64,000 bases of DNA from Octopus vulgaris (Eukaryota): positions 3,968,001 to 4,032,000 of the forward strand of contig OX597815.1 in assembly GCA_951406725.2 (NCBI GenBank), written 5' to 3'. Below the pieces are notes generated by a model. That model saw only the letters and a program-made list of their open reading frames with translations, did no database searches and was not told the DNA's origin. This document shows, piece after piece, positions 1 to 14,521 of the stretch (positions within the stretch are counted from its first letter, which is position 1; every line of letters starts with the position of its first letter). A program made the position numbers and the translations under genes.

Positions 1-390
1 AAGGCAAAAATAAAATATGTCCACTTTGCAAGGTTCGAGTCGAGTACTCCCTTGCACGCTCCGTTGACTCGAACCTTGCTTCTATTGTGGCGAATTTACC
101 GCCTCTGATTAGATATCTTTCATAGTCGCACCAAGACACTTTTCGATGGTGCTTTCCTCCAGGTGTTCAAATCTTTTTTTTTTACATTGTATGCTTTATA
201 GACAATAGTCTTTTCTTTAATTTAATTTTTTATTTCGTTTGGTGGTGTTATCATAGATTCACCGTCTTTGTCGGTGATCAATCCGAAATAGGTTTGTATT
301 TCTTCCATTTTATTTTAATGAGTTCGCGCCCGCCGACGGCTGCAGCGAAATTCATTTTTGGACTTTCTTCTATTGAAGGCATTTTAACAA
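1..390 (-). pseudogene. Decayed gag/ORF1-like fragment of a non-LTR retrotransposon
   Basis: Minus-strand translation across frameshifts: MNFAAAVGGR...KEKTIVYKAYNVKKK/FEHLEESTIEKCLGATMKDI/IRGGKFATIEARFESTERAREYSTRTLQSGHILFLP. Resembles L1/Tx1-type ORF1 from memory only. Confidence 0.3.
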
Positions 391-759
391 ACATGCTTCC
401 GTATAAACGGTGAAAATATTGTCAATTTCCCCAAACAGGGACACAATTCAATTTTTAAACAATAACCAAAGCTCCTTCTCCCAAAGGGGGAGGGTTACGG
501 TTTACAATTATTTAACAAATGCAACACAACAACGTTTCCCTTACGAGGAACCAACAAACGTGAAAACAATAGTTAAACAGTAATAATAATAACAACAAAC
601 CTTACGGTGAATCAAAAAGCAGTACGCAGTTGAAGCTATAGGCCTTTATGGATCAGAAATAAACCAACAGCAGTACTCAGTAGAAGCGGCTGTTCGAGAA
701 AACAGACATTACATACAGCCAAACTTCATATAGATACTTAATGCTAGCTAATTAGCAGA

Positions 760-1356
760 TAATCTAATGTAAAAGCCGTGGTAAACGGTATGTGCACAGC
801 TCCACCTGGACTATTCCATTTCTGCACACTAATTTTATTTTTAATTTATTCCCATTCATGTGAAACCACTTATTCAAGTTCAAGTCACTGATGCAATTTT
901 ATACCAATTGCTATTTTTACTATTGTTATGTTACGATTTAATTATTATATTATACTTTAGTTTGATTTTAATTATTACTTACAACATATAATTCAATTGT
1001 TATTATTATCTCTAATTTTTATTGTTAAAGTGAAAGTATCTGACCACTTTTAACACGTAATACTGAAATAGTGGATAAGATATAATATTGCTATGGGCTC
1101 GCCCTATGCAAGAAGTTGAACATTTGTTTTGCCCTTGAAACTACATGGACCCTAAGTAGGGAATTAGAGTGGAGAAGATATGATATTGCTGTGGGCTCGC
1201 CCTAGGCAAAAAGTTAAAAAATTTTTTGCCGATGACACTCCCCGGACCCTAAGTAAGGCATGTGTAAAATTTGAATGAAATTAGTTGTGTAGTTCTCAAG
1301 TTTTAGGGAAACACACAGACAGACAGACACGCATTCTCAGTTTTATATGTATAGAG

Positions 1357-1357
<1 letters not shown>
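760..1357 (-). mobile_element. Helitron-like element, 5' portion
   Basis: Minus strand begins A^TCTCTATACATATAAAACTGAGAATGCGTGTCTGTCTGTCTG, the TC start plus (GTCT)n typical of non-autonomous Helitrons. Internal ~100-bp direct repeat at 1085-1160 and 1183-1258. Left boundary uncertain and no 3' CTAG located. Confidence 0.55.
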
Positions 1358-1389
<32 letters not shown>

Positions 1390-1582
1390 AATATATGTAT
1401 GTATGTATGTATGCATGTATGTATGTATGTATTTATGTATGTATATGTATATTTATATATATATATGTATGTCTGTATATGTATTTCTTTGTGTGTGCGT
1501 GTGTGCGCGTGTATGTGTATGTGTATATATGAATTATGTGTGTATATCTCTTCCACTCACACCACACACCACCCCCACCCCC

Positions 1583-1657
<75 letters not shown>

Positions 1658-2141
1658 CTTCCTTTCTCTATAATTTTTTTATATAATTTTGATTTCAGAT
1701 CGATTTATGAAATCGACTCTTTAATGTGATCTGACCTTGTTAAATTTTCTTGAATGATAAAATACATTTACAAATCTTCCTCAAAATTCAAAATACTTGA
1801 AAAGAAATAAACTTTCTTTTAAAAAGTGACACATTTAGAGTAACATTTGTCTGAAGAACATCGATATAAGTCTAACTTTTTGCGGTTTGCTAAGGAAATT
1901 CAGCAGAAAAGCAACGAGAATGTGTTGCAAAATCAATAATTGCTCATTTTTGCATCAGTGTGTTCCAGTGTTAGGAATATTGGTTCAATTCTTAGCAGTT
2001 CTAGCAGACAGGCGTGTCAATACTAAGTCTGACACCCGGGAGAAAGAAATACGGTTCTTTCAAATTTCTTTATTGTTTCTGTAAGATATCTGCTCATGCG
2101 TTCGTCTGTGTGTCTCTGTAAACAAACATAGGCACATGCAA

Positions 2142-2176
<35 letters not shown>

Positions 2177-2187
2177 TACATACACAC

Positions 2188-2246
<59 letters not shown>

Positions 2247-2640
2247 CATATATACACACACACACATATATATATGTACGTACATACATATATATACTTA
2301 TATATGTGTAAACATATATATATATATGCGCATATATATGTGAGTGTATATATATGCATATATATATATATATATACGTGTGTGTATAGATGTATATATA
2401 TATGTATATATATATGCATGCATAAATATATATATTTGTATGTATGTATATATATATATATATATGTATACACCTTATGTATATATATATGTATATATAT
2501 ATATATACATATGCATATATACGTATATATGTTTGTGTGTGTGTGTGTGTGTATGTGTGTGTGTTCACATATATATATATTAGAAAACAGATGTTCAATA
2601 TTTTCAATGTTAGTTTCCTCACCGAAATAATAATAATAAC

Positions 2641-2688
<48 letters not shown>

Positions 2689-2692
2689 TATC

Positions 2693-2763
<71 letters not shown>

Positions 2764-3132
2764 TTCTTTTTCTTTTTTTTGAAAAAGTGTATGTATGAGA
2801 ACTCTTTTATCTTTAAAGATAAATTTATGTAAAAAAGCCAAACGCTAACTTCCTGATGGCAGCTGAAGATCGTGTTTAAGATGTACGTGCCTTTTCATAT
2901 GTATCTACGACAACATTCTCTGTAGACTTGCCTCGTCTCACTGACCCCTTCTAGTTTGTCTTGAAGTGTCAATACACAGCCAGTGGCTTGTTTACTTCAG
3001 CATGACTTTAGATTATGTGTCAAAGCTGTGAGGGCAGCAGAACATACCAAAAACACAAAAAAATTCCGGTGTAAAAAAAATATTAAACTCTAAGATTAAT
3101 GATATTTCATAAAAAAAAAATTTACAAATCGT

Positions 3133-3480
3133 AGACGCAAGCATAGCTGTGTGGTTAAAGAGGTAACTTTGCTCGTGCGTGGTTTGTAGTTCAATCCCGC
3201 TTTGCGGGTGTCACGTGGGGCAAATGTATTCTGCTATTACACCAGACCGACAAATGGATTATGAATGAATTTGGTAGACGGAAACTGTGTGGAAGCTTGT
3301 CGAGCATATATATTACATAAACACAGACACACATGCATTTGTATGTATATATGTGTATATATCACCAGACTGTCGGATGTTGTTGATACATCGATGGTCA
3401 CAATGCGCTTCGCATTGTTTTCACTTTGGAATGACACCACCTCGCTGGCCGGGTGAGCAGACCAACATTCCTACCCGAGC
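3133..3480 (+). mobile_element. Diverged tRNA-derived SINE (family A head, different tail)
   Basis: A/B-box-like head GCTGTGTGGTTAA...GTTCAATCCC, then GAATTTGGTAGACGGAAACTG shared with family A. Tail shared with 32351-32450. Confidence 0.55.
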
Positions 3481-3896
3481 CCCGATCGGAAGAATACTCT
3501 GTCGCAAGGTTACCAATTTACTGCTGAGTGGACTGGAGCAACTCTCAGCTTATTTTGCTGAGAGTTTTCATAACATAATAATAAAGGCCTGACAAATACA
3601 TTACCGACAAGCCCAGGACTTATAAATATATCCAATGTAGAGAAAATGGCTTTAAAAGGACAATAGAGAAAATGCAAAAAATTGAAACGAAACATTGCGT
3701 CTAGCCAAGGAATTTGGAACTGTACTCAGTTACGCAGCAAAAGTACATAATTAGAAATGAAAACTAATGAATAATAATCTGGAAGTCTTGTAAAAATCTT
3801 CGGAGAACTGGGTACCCACTCTGTTAGAAATAGAGCTCAACAACTTCCATATTGACAACATTGAGAAAAGTGAAGGCAGGGAAATGATCGAGAAGC

Positions 3897-4850
3897 CAGC
3901 AGTTGTGTGGCTGTGGTAAGAAGCCTGCTTCCCAAACACATGTTTCCAGATCCAGTCCCACTGCCTGGCACCTTGGGCAAGTGTGTTTTGCTATAGCCCA
4001 GCGATGAGTAAAGCTTTGTGTGTGGATTTGGCTGACGGAAACTGAAAGAAGCCCATCGTTCACAACTGCTGTTAGATTGTCTATGTCTCCACAACTTAGC
4101 AATTCATCGGCAGAGACAGATAGAAGAAGCACCAGATTGAAGAAAAAATAAATACTTGAGTAGATTCATTCTTTCCTACTCTAGGCACAAGGCCCGAAAT
4201 TTTGGGTGAGGGGGCTAGTCGATTAGATCTACCTCAGTACGCAGCTGGTACTTAATTTATCGACCTCGAAAGGATGAAAGTCGACCTCGGTGGAATTTGA
4301 ACTCAGAACGTAACGGCAGACGAAATACCTATTTCTTTACTGCCCACAAGGGGCTAAACACGAGAGGACAAACAAGGACAGACAAACGGATTAAGTTGAT
4401 TACATCGACCCCAGTGCGTAACTGGTACTTATTTAATCAACCCTGAAAGAATGAAAGGCAAAGTCGACCTCGGCGGAATTTGACCTCAGAACGTAGCGGC
4501 AGACGAAATACTTATTTCTTTACTACCCACAAGGGGCTAAACATAGAGGGGACAAACAAGGACAGACAAACGGATTAAGTTGATTCCATCGACCCCAGTG
4601 CGTAACTGGTACTTATTTAATCGACCATGAAAGAATGAAAAGCAAAGTCGACCTCTGCGGAATTTGAACTCAGAACGTAATGGCAGACGAAATACAGCTA
4701 AGCATTTCGCCCGGCGTGCTAACGATTCTGCCAGCTCGCCGCCCTCGGTGTAGATTCATTCGATTAAAGCCATTCGACATCCAGCATGGTTGCAGTCCAA
4801 TGACTAAAGAATTCCAATGATTAAAGTCCAATGACTAAAGCAGGCTAAAG
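3897..4850 (+). mobile_element. SINE family A copy interrupted by a family B SINE
   Basis: Head and body at 3897-4170, tail CCAGCATGGTTGCAGTCCAATGACT at 4780-4850. Confidence 0.7.
4171..4743 (-). mobile_element. SINE family B (Meta/MESC-like core), trimeric copy
   Basis: Three tandem GAAAG(G/A)ATGAAA(...)GTCGACCTC cores. GTAGATTCATT is repeated at 4160-4170 and 4750-4760, like a target-site duplication. Confidence 0.8.
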
Positions 4851-5127
4851 AATTCATAAGCAACAATAAAAGAGATTATTTTAACTTCGAAGTCATAGAT
4901 TTATAAAATTTGTATTTCTGTCGTTGTTGTTCCCCAAATCAGTCCTCTATATGGACTGCATCACCTTTTTAAAGATAATATTATCTTTAAAAAGGACAGA
5001 ACTGAAGAATTGAAATTTGGTTGTTAATTCTAACAGGTCGATACACAGCAGAGACGCTCCCTTTTCGGTTCGTGCAATATATACTTATTTCGAAGGAAAT
5101 TGTTTGCATTATGGAGAGGAGATGTTT

Positions 5128-5420
5128 CTGTTCTTCTTCCGGTGTCGTGTCCAGAACGTAGAACAGAGGCAATCATGTCCTGCTACAATTCTTGGCTCTT
5201 TGTTTTCTGTAACTGTTCCACTTGCCGGTGTTTAATTTCTCTTTCTTCCAACCAGTTCGTCAAGCTTAACATCCACATCAACCTTCTCTTTCTTCTACTT
5301 CCTTTCCCTTCAGTCTTTCCGGTCATCACTAAATTTTTCAGTTCCTCCTTCCTCATCACTTGACCAAGAAACCTTAGTTGCTTGGCCCTTGTCTCAGATC
5401 TTTTCAATTGCTATATCGAA
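5128..5420 (-). mobile_element. RTE-clade LINE 3' end
   Basis: Peptide QLRFLGQVMRKEELKNLVMTGKTEGKGSRRKRRLMW, the typical RTE C-terminus, followed by a short (GAA)n tail. Confidence 0.75.
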
Positions 5421-5424
5421 GATC

Positions 5425-5995
5425 AAGGTCCGTATATTGAACTCCTATGGCTGCTAGAACTGAAACTAACACGACGCTGTTGGAAGACAGGTTTAGAGAG
5501 AGCGCGGTCTAAGATTACGCGCCCTTCCCCTCCATTGGTCAGTTGAAGTTTAGACAGTGTCATGTGACAATAAGCTGGTGCTGGCTGCTTGAGCCTACCG
5601 GTCAGTATTTGAGGGGAAATTTGGCAGGATGGTCCTTCGCCTGCTGACATTCCTTGATGCTGCATTAAAGAGGCCAGAGATCAGAGGAAAGAAGGAGAAA
5701 GAAGAAATGCACTCAACCCCAGAGCTGAAGATAGCTCCGAAAGGGGAGGCCCCGCCACGTGGAAAACGGTTGAGGAGTAGGGGCCAAAACCGGACGAGGT
5801 TCCTCCTGATCCTATAAAGGAGCCGTTGAGGTAGCAAACCACGAAACGCGGTTGGAATTCCTTCCCTCTGTTTTAATGTGTGGAGGTGGAGAAGGATTAA
5901 AATGAGAAGGTGTTTGGGGAGCTGCAAAATATGATTCTTTAGGAGAATATTGAGGACAACATGGATAGACAAAGTGTCTAACGAAGAAATGGTGA
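5425..5995 (+). mobile_element. Inverted upstream segment of the same RTE LINE
   Basis: 5915-5995 encodes AAKI*FFRRILRTTWIDKVSNEEM, an RTE RT motif that normally lies just before QLRFLG. The assignment of 5425-5880 is less certain. Confidence 0.55.
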
Positions 5996-6242
5996 TCCAT
6001 ACTGCAATGGAGTGGTAGGCTGTCAAATTACATCAGAATATTGGAGGATATTTTATATCCATTCACTGTTTTTATTTCATTTCCATAGCAAGGAAAATAA
6101 TCTTGTATCTGGAGAAGGTCATTATGCCAGTAATAAACACACGCACTGGTTATAGTTCATTTATTTGTCAATTGACTCAATTTTTCCGTTAGTGAAGTGA
6201 AAACAATAGAATATAGTTAATTAACTTTAATAGAAGCTAATA

Positions 6243-6419
6243 GACGCAGGGGTGGCTGTGTGGTAAGTAGCTTGCTTACAAACCACATGGTTCTGGGTTC
6301 AGTCCCACTGCGTGGCACCTTGGGCAGGTGTCTTCTACTATAGCCTCGGGCCGACCAAAGCCTTGTGAGTGGATTTGGCAGGCGGAAACTGAAAGAAGCC
6401 CATCGTATATATGTTTATG

Positions 6420-6456
<37 letters not shown>

Positions 6457-6641
6457 TTATGTGTCTGTGTTTGTCCCCTAACATCGCTTGACAACCGATG
6501 CTGGTGTGTTTATGTCCCCGTAACTTAGCGATTCGGCAAAAGAGACCGAAAGTACTAGGCTTACAAGAAATAAGTCCTGGGGTCGACTTTAGGTGGTGCT
6601 CCAGTATGGCCGCAGTCAAATGGCTGAAACAAGTAAAAGAG
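6243..6641 (+). mobile_element. SINE family A, full length (resembles octopus OK/OR tRNA-SINEs)
   Basis: A box GTGGCTGTGTGGTAA, B box GGGTTCAGTCCC, internal (TA)n(TG)n, tail GAAACAAGTAAAAGAG. More than 12 related copies in the window. Confidence 0.85.
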
Positions 6642-7101
6642 AAGTATTTAATTAACTTTTCTTTTTGGTTCATTTGGAATATAAATTCCATAACATTCGT
6701 ATGCAGCAGTTATTTCGACCTGGTTGGATCTCTTCCGTGCGGAGAAACCAAGGAACTCAATATCTATGAATCAGTTTGCACTACATGAAATTAGCTTAAC
6801 AAAAGGAGAAGGAAGAAAACCGTGGTTACACTGTAATTTGAACCACGAACCAGGCGGCGGAACTTGTACGCTTCACCGTAATTGGGAAATGATATCATTG
6901 TCACTATTTTCAACGCACGCAGATACTTATATGATGCATATAAGTATGAATGCATGTATATATATATGTGTGTATACATATATATATATACACACATATA
7001 TATAAGTGTGTGTGTGTGTGCATACATATATATATACACATAAATATATATATATATACCATATATATATGTATATACGTATGTGTATATATATATATAT
7101 A

Positions 7102-7145
<44 letters not shown>

Positions 7146-7323
7146 AATATACATGTATGTATAGTATATATATATATTTATTTATATATACGTCCCCGCA
7201 GCTTAAATAGACCGAGAGAATAAGTACCAGGTTTTAAGAAAAGAAGTATGCACAGGGGTCGTTTCCTCAAGGTACCATGGTCGCAGTCTAATGACTGCAA
7301 CAAGCAGCATATAAAAGATAAAG

Positions 7324-7402
<79 letters not shown>

Positions 7403-8140
7403 TGAGACCCAATCTCCTTTTATAGTGTAGATACTATCCGTCTTAGACAGCGTGTACATTCTTCATAGTATCGTATTTATCATATAAATATGGAAGATTT
7501 CTGATTTAATGCAAAACAAATAGAATACAACCGGCTATGTATACATATTTTCAGACAGCCTCTATGGGAGAAAACATAGCTTGTAGTCATTCAAAAAATA
7601 CAACTAAGATAGTGAAACAGACGAAATTATGAAAGAAAAAAAAATAAGAGAAAACAAAATGGCGTCCGTTGAAATGGTTGCAATATCGAGGAGCGATGAG
7701 AAACTGAAAAACATCGCTGAATGACTTAAAGAAAACTAATTCTTTGCCTATTTTGTTTCGTTTTCCTTGTATTTATTTATTTAAGTGACCAGTTATGTTT
7801 CTAAACGACCGGGATCATGTGACACTGGAGACTTCAATGCTAGAGGGCGCTGTCTGTGGCGGCATTTAGATCAACTCTGACACCAATTATCGTTTGATCT
7901 TGAGAAAAAATATACGGCTACTCAGTAAACACTATTTTGTCAGTTTTATTAGTGGTGGAGTTGTATAAATACATAACATCATGTTTCGTAGGAAAACATA
8001 TATACACATATATATATATGCATATGTGTAGGGTGATTGTGTATATGCGTGTATGTGCGTATGTGTGCACGTGTGTATATGTATGTACGTGTGTGTATGT
8101 ACACATAAACATACATACATAAATATATACCTACCACAAC

Positions 8141-8202
<62 letters not shown>

Positions 8203-8289
8203 TACATATATAGTCATATATATACATATATATATATATATACACCGTGAGAGAGAGGGGGAGAGACAGACAGACAAAGTCAGGCAGAC

Positions 8290-8375
<86 letters not shown>

Positions 8376-8861
8376 ACAGAGGAGCACTGGTTATAATCAC
8401 TAAGCTGCGGCCATGCTAGAGCACCGTCTTCAAAAGTCTTTAGTTAATTTTGTGGAATATTTTCTGTAGCTGTTATTTTATCAATGTCGGAAGCATGAAA
8501 AACGAAGTGGACCTGAACGAATAAAGGACGGTGGATAATACAATAAGGTATTTCATAACACTTTGCACGGACTGGGACTTTTAAGATGATAATATTTGAA
8601 GTGGCAGTGAAATTAAACCTTGAACCAAAAAAACTAAGGACGGAACACATGGCCCCCGCTTCGTCTTGTGTGTGTGTGTTTATGTGCGTGTGTGTGTAGT
8701 GAGTTCGTATGCGTGTACTGGATGTCTATATACGTAGCTGTATGGTAAGAAGCTTGTTTCCCAACCACATAGTTCTGGGTTCAATCCCACTGGTTGACAC
8801 CTTGGTTAAGTGCCTTCTACTATAGCTCCGGCACGACCAAAGCCTTGCGAATGTGTATGTA

Positions 8862-8900
<39 letters not shown>

Positions 8901-8924
8901 CATATAGGTACACTGCGACACAAT

Positions 8925-9200
8925 TTCTTTTCCTCAACAGGCCTTGCCGTTTAACATTGTCCCGAAAGAGATCAAAAGGGTCCCATCACCCTTAAACGGA
9001 GTCTGGACAGATTTCTTCAAGGAATCCCGGATAAGCCACCCATACCTGGATACACTCAATAAGAAATCACTGCTTGAATGGACCATAAACAAAACTTGAC
9101 TTAAACAGGATTTAGATAATCCTATCAGGTGGTGCTATTAAGTTAGACATGGCCTGGACCAATCTTTGGTCGAAACATAATTAAGTTTATCTAAGTTTAA
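8925..9200 (+). mobile_element. CR1/L2-like LINE 3' end
   Basis: LKRSLDRFLQGIPDKPPIPGY. 3' UTR CAGGTGGTGCTATTAAGTTAGACAT is shared with 55808-55832. Confidence 0.65.
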
Positions 9201-9221
9201 GTATATATATATATATATATA

Positions 9222-9660
9222 TAGTAATCCCTCAACTATCGCGGGTGATACATTCCAAAATCTCCCACAGAAATAATTAAAATCTAAAAATATATAAATA
9301 CCTGTCGCGATATACTGAGTGTGCAATAGGTGTATGAAGGTATGTTTATTGGGCTTTTTAAAAGGAAATGGTTGACATTGACTTCGAAGTTTTGGCTTGT
9401 TGTCTTCGAGAGACTGAGAAAAACAAACAAGCTGAAACTTCGAAGTCACTATTAAACTTTTCCTTGCAAATCTTTATCAAAATTGTTCTCTACTAAAATA
9501 TATTCAGTAGTCCCTTCAGTTTAACGTCAAATTGCTTTTATATGGAACTTGACATCAAAACACGCATTACATACACACAAACATACACCTATATTTTTAT
9601 ATTACTGTAGTAACATTATACGGATTTTTGCTGGTATATATGGTATCCAACTGTAGTACC
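9222..9660. mobile_element. Tigger/pogo-like DNA transposon remnant
   Basis: After TA comes AGTAATCCCTCAACTATCGCGGGTGATACATTCCAAAA, resembling a Tigger-type terminal repeat. The opposite end was not found. Confidence 0.35.
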
Positions 9661-9982
9661 AATGAAATGAATGTGTAACACACCCCTTTAAAGGATTTCT
9701 TTTCTTCAGTTTGTTACTATATATATGCAAGCAAGTATGTATGTATGGAGTGTTATGTGTGATGTACAGAAATGAATATTAAGAAAAAAGTCGACAGAAA
9801 TTTGGGAAAAAATCCTTTTATTTCTCCATTATTAATAGCGCTTTCGTTCCTCTCTTGTCAAATACAATTGTCAAATACAATTTTGTTTGTACATTCACAA
9901 AATTGTATTTCATAAATTCTAGAGAGGAACGAATGCGCTAATAATATAGAGACAAAAGGATTATTTTCCAAAATTCTGACGA

Positions 9983-10087
<105 letters not shown>

Positions 10088-10324
10088 CGTGTGTGTGTGT
10101 GCTTATTTTGATTATAATCACCCCTTGGATTTATATAGATAACACCATACAAAATTCTGGTGCATCTAACTTAAGTACCATATTCATTTGAATCTAAATT
10201 TTGCTAAACTTATATATATATATATATATACATACATGCATATATATATATACATATACATGTGTATGTGTCTATGTATGTGTGTATGTATGTATTTAAA
10301 TTTGTGTATCTGTAGGCAGCATAA

Positions 10325-10367
<43 letters not shown>

Positions 10368-10785
10368 TTGTTCACTTATTTATATTCAACCTGTTTGTAT
10401 TCGTGATTCTAACTGCATATTAAGCATTTAGAGTTGTGCAAAACCAGTTTTAGCGAGGTGTGGGGTGGTGTTGTATTCCAGGGAAGAAAGAGGAAATAAG
10501 GAAGTACTTAACCATAACAACAACAGCAACAACACCAACAAAAACACGACTACAGAAGCCCTTTCAAACCACAACTACCGCTCATTCTTCCACCTCCATC
10601 GTAGAAACTACGATGGAGGGGATTTAATCGATATTCATATGGTGGTAACTTCAGAAGTATATTTTGTCCCTATGCTTAGGGGGTGTTGTAGGCTGATTCG
10701 GTGCATTTACACGAAGGTAGGAGTGTCATAAGAGAAACCTGTCTCCCGCGTCAGTTTGCAGAGACTCCTTTTCCGCTCTCTGTTA

Positions 10786-10819
10786 CTGAAGAGGAGATAA
10801 CCACTCCGAAACGCATGCA
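10786..10819 (+). ncRNA. Degenerate hammerhead-like motif
   Basis: CTGAAGA-GGAG(ataacca)CTCC-GAAAC-GCAT-GCA. The cleavage triplet has U>C and stem I is absent. Confidence 0.45.
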
Positions 10820-10858
10820 TTCTGAAAGCTGGTTAGGTGCCGCTCGTTCTCTTATCAC

Positions 10859-11280
10859 TCTTTTACTCTTTTACTCTTTTACTCTTTTACTTGTTTCAGT
10901 CATTTGTCTGCGGCCATGCTGGAGCACCGCCTTTAGTCGAGCAAATCGACCCCAGGACTTATTCTTTTGTAAGCCCAGTACTTATTCTATCGGTCTCTTT
11001 TGCCGAACCGCTAAGTTACGGGGACGTAAACACACCAGCATCGGTTGTCAAGCAATGCTAGGGGGACAAACACAGACACACAAACACACACATACACACA
11101 TATATATATATATACATATATACGACAGGCTTCTTTCAGTTTCCGTCTACCAAATCCACTCACAAGGCATTGGTCGGTCCGGGGCTATAGCAGAAAACAC
11201 TTGCCCAAGATGCCACGCAGTGGGACTGAACCCGGAACCATGTGGTTGGTTAGCAAGCTACTTACCACATAGCCACTCCT
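10859..11280 (-). mobile_element. SINE family A, full length
   Basis: Reverse complement of the 6243-6641 type, with a (CTCTTTTA)n tail. Confidence 0.85.
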
Positions 11281-11769
11281 TATTCCTACGGCCAGGAATT
11301 TTCCCCACTGTAAAATACAGGGAATGGCGTTCTTACGAGTTCGAATATTCCTCAAGCATATTTGATCTGGTGACAACTTTCAAATAATATAACTGTCATT
11401 TAACTTAATCGCATTTCTTGATGTTTATAAAAACAATGAACTAATGAATGCTAATCCTATTATAAATTGGAGAGATGTTTCTCTGCATTCTAAACTAAAT
11501 ATATTGCACTGGCGACCAAATCGGAGCAATGACAATGAATTTCATACCATGAGCTCTCAGAGAGTATCGTAAGGAGGTTCAATTTCTGAAGGGCCGCTTA
11601 AATGGGGCCCCACTGCGCTTATTGATTAAACAATGAGCAGCATCAGTGCTTAGCACATTTGCAGAAATAAGTTTGGGCATTCTAGATACCTTCACACACA
11701 TTCAAATCGAGATAAAGAGTTATAACGGGTAACATTTCAAGTGTGGTTGTGTAGATGTTTATATTTTGT

Positions 11770-11984
11770 ACTCTTTTACTTGTTTCAGTCATTTGACTGT
11801 GGCCATGCTGGAGCACCGCCTTTTAGTCGAGAAAATCGACCCCAGGACTTATTCTTTGTAAGCCTGGTACTTATTCTATCGGTCTCTTTTGCCGAACCGC
11901 TAAGTTACAGGGACGTAAACACACCACCATCGGTTGTCAAGCGATGTTGGGTGGACAAACACAGACACACATAGACACACACAC

Positions 11985-12041
<57 letters not shown>

Positions 12042-12212
12042 TACATATATACAACGGGCTTCTTTCAAATTCCGTCAACCAAATCCACTCACAAGGCTTT
12101 GGTCGGCCCGAGGCTAAAGTAGAAGACACTTGCACAAGGTGACACGCAGTGGGAATGAACCCAGAACCATGTGATTGGTAAGCAAGCTACTTACCACAGA
12201 ACCACTCCTGCA
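11770..12212 (-). mobile_element. SINE family A, full length
   Basis: Same head, body and tail as the other copies. Confidence 0.85.
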
Positions 12213-12745
12213 CATATGTAGTTTATGAAACTTATGTCTAGTATTTAAATAAAAGAAATATTTTGCTTGTTTAGGGAGGGTTGTTATACCAACGAAAATT
12301 AAAATAAACACACGCACGGGTTCAATTTTACGTCTTGGTATACTAGCTAACTATATGTGGAATACTTTGCTGGTAATCTAATGGCACACATTTCGTCTGC
12401 ATCCAGTTGTATTGAGAAATAAGTAAGGAATAAACAATAGCAGAGAGATTATGGTTTCCTACAGCTGTTTCAAACATGATTCTTTTTGTTTATTAATGAA
12501 GAGAAATGTTATATTATGCACACAACAAAAAAAACCCGTTCTCACCTAGTGAATACAAGCAGGAATTAACTTCTCAAGAAAAAGTACATATTGCAGGTAC
12601 TATATACTTGTTCTTTAGAAGTTTTAATTCTTAATCCTTATCTGCATTCCCCAGGTGAAAACGGTTTTTGTTTTTTCGCTGTTTTTTGTTTTCTGCATGA
12701 TGTAACATTTCTGAACTTAAATTATAAAAAAACAGTGAACAGCTA

Positions 12746-12832
<87 letters not shown>

Positions 12833-13682
12833 TCACACACATGAACACGGAGTGAAAGGGAAATAGAGACAAGCATGTATTGTAAGGTATATAACATATA
12901 TATATGTATATATATATTTATATGTGTGTGTGTGTATGTGTGTATATACATATGCATACACACATACATATATACATGCATACATAAATACATACACGCG
13001 CTTACATTAACGTATATTTACATATATATATATTCACACATATGAATTTCTGTAAATACCATGTATACACATATATACATTTATTTATAGAAATACACAC
13101 ACACACACACACACAACACACACAAACTGGCAAACACACACGCACTCACAAGCACCAACACGTGCAGCCTCGTTTGCGGTGATTACAAATAGCCATTTGC
13201 ATTATTTTGAGAGCCACCACCGCCGCCGCCGCCGCCGCCACCGCCGCCGCCACCACCGCCGCCGTCACCACCGCCGCCGCCATTCGCCCCAAAATTAACA
13301 TACCGTTTTCTTCTTATGTTTCTTATTTATTTCCTATTTGTGTTTTTTTTTTTTTGTTTTTCATTGTTTATCAGTCGACTGTGTAAACACCAGCGTCACC
13401 GCCATCAAGGCGCTGGCTGTGCCCCTGCATATGGCCACTTCATTCGTGCTGTGTGTGTGTGTGTGTGTATGAACTCCTCTGTGTGTGTGTGTGTGTGTGT
13501 GTGCGTGTGTGTGTGTGAACGTGACTCTGGGGGTGTAGATGTGGGTGTGCGTGTGCGTGATACGCGTAACGTTCACACATAAACACAACACACATACACA
13601 AATATTTGCATACACACACACACACGTACGCACATATCCATATGTATATGTATACGTGTGTGTATATGTATAAGTATATATG

Positions 13683-13741
<59 letters not shown>

Positions 13742-13963
13742 ACATATATATACATATATACATCCGTATATATATATATAATTATATACATCCATATATA
13801 TATATATATATTTATATGTATACATATCTATATATGTGTGTATTTACATATATGCGTATATATGTATATATGTATGTATACACATATATACATATATACG
13901 CATATATGTATATACACACACACATATATATATATATACATGTATGTTCATACATATACGCGC

Positions 13964-13998
<35 letters not shown>

Positions 13999-14113
13999 CG
14001 TGAGTATACATACACATACACACACATAAATATATATGTATATATATGTATATATACAACCATACCTACATTTGAATTTAGACAGTAATATATGGATATA
14101 GGGGTGTACGCGA

Positions 14114-14202
<89 letters not shown>

Positions 14203-14253
14203 GCACACATACATACAAAGATTACATATATGCATACATAATATATACATTAT

Positions 14254-14306
<53 letters not shown>

Positions 14307-14485
14307 GTGTAAACATGATAAACTTGAGACAGTTAGCTGAGGCCGATGTCCGGGGCAGGAGATAACGAATCGGGCATTGTCCCGGAGGCGAAACCCACCC
14401 CTTCCTCACCGTAGCCACATGAGCTGTACTTTACTGACCTTCACAAATTTTAGTCGTCACTTACAAAATCTGTTATGCATTTAGT

Positions 14486-14521
<36 letters not shown>

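Noticed and set aside
28-79. 14-bp stem hairpin as a pre-miRNA or terminator
   Set aside because: It lies inside a decayed retroelement frame and matches no mature miRNA I recognise.
10701-11387. 228-aa ORF
   Set aside because: Mostly the antisense of SINE family A. The same peptides recur at other copies.
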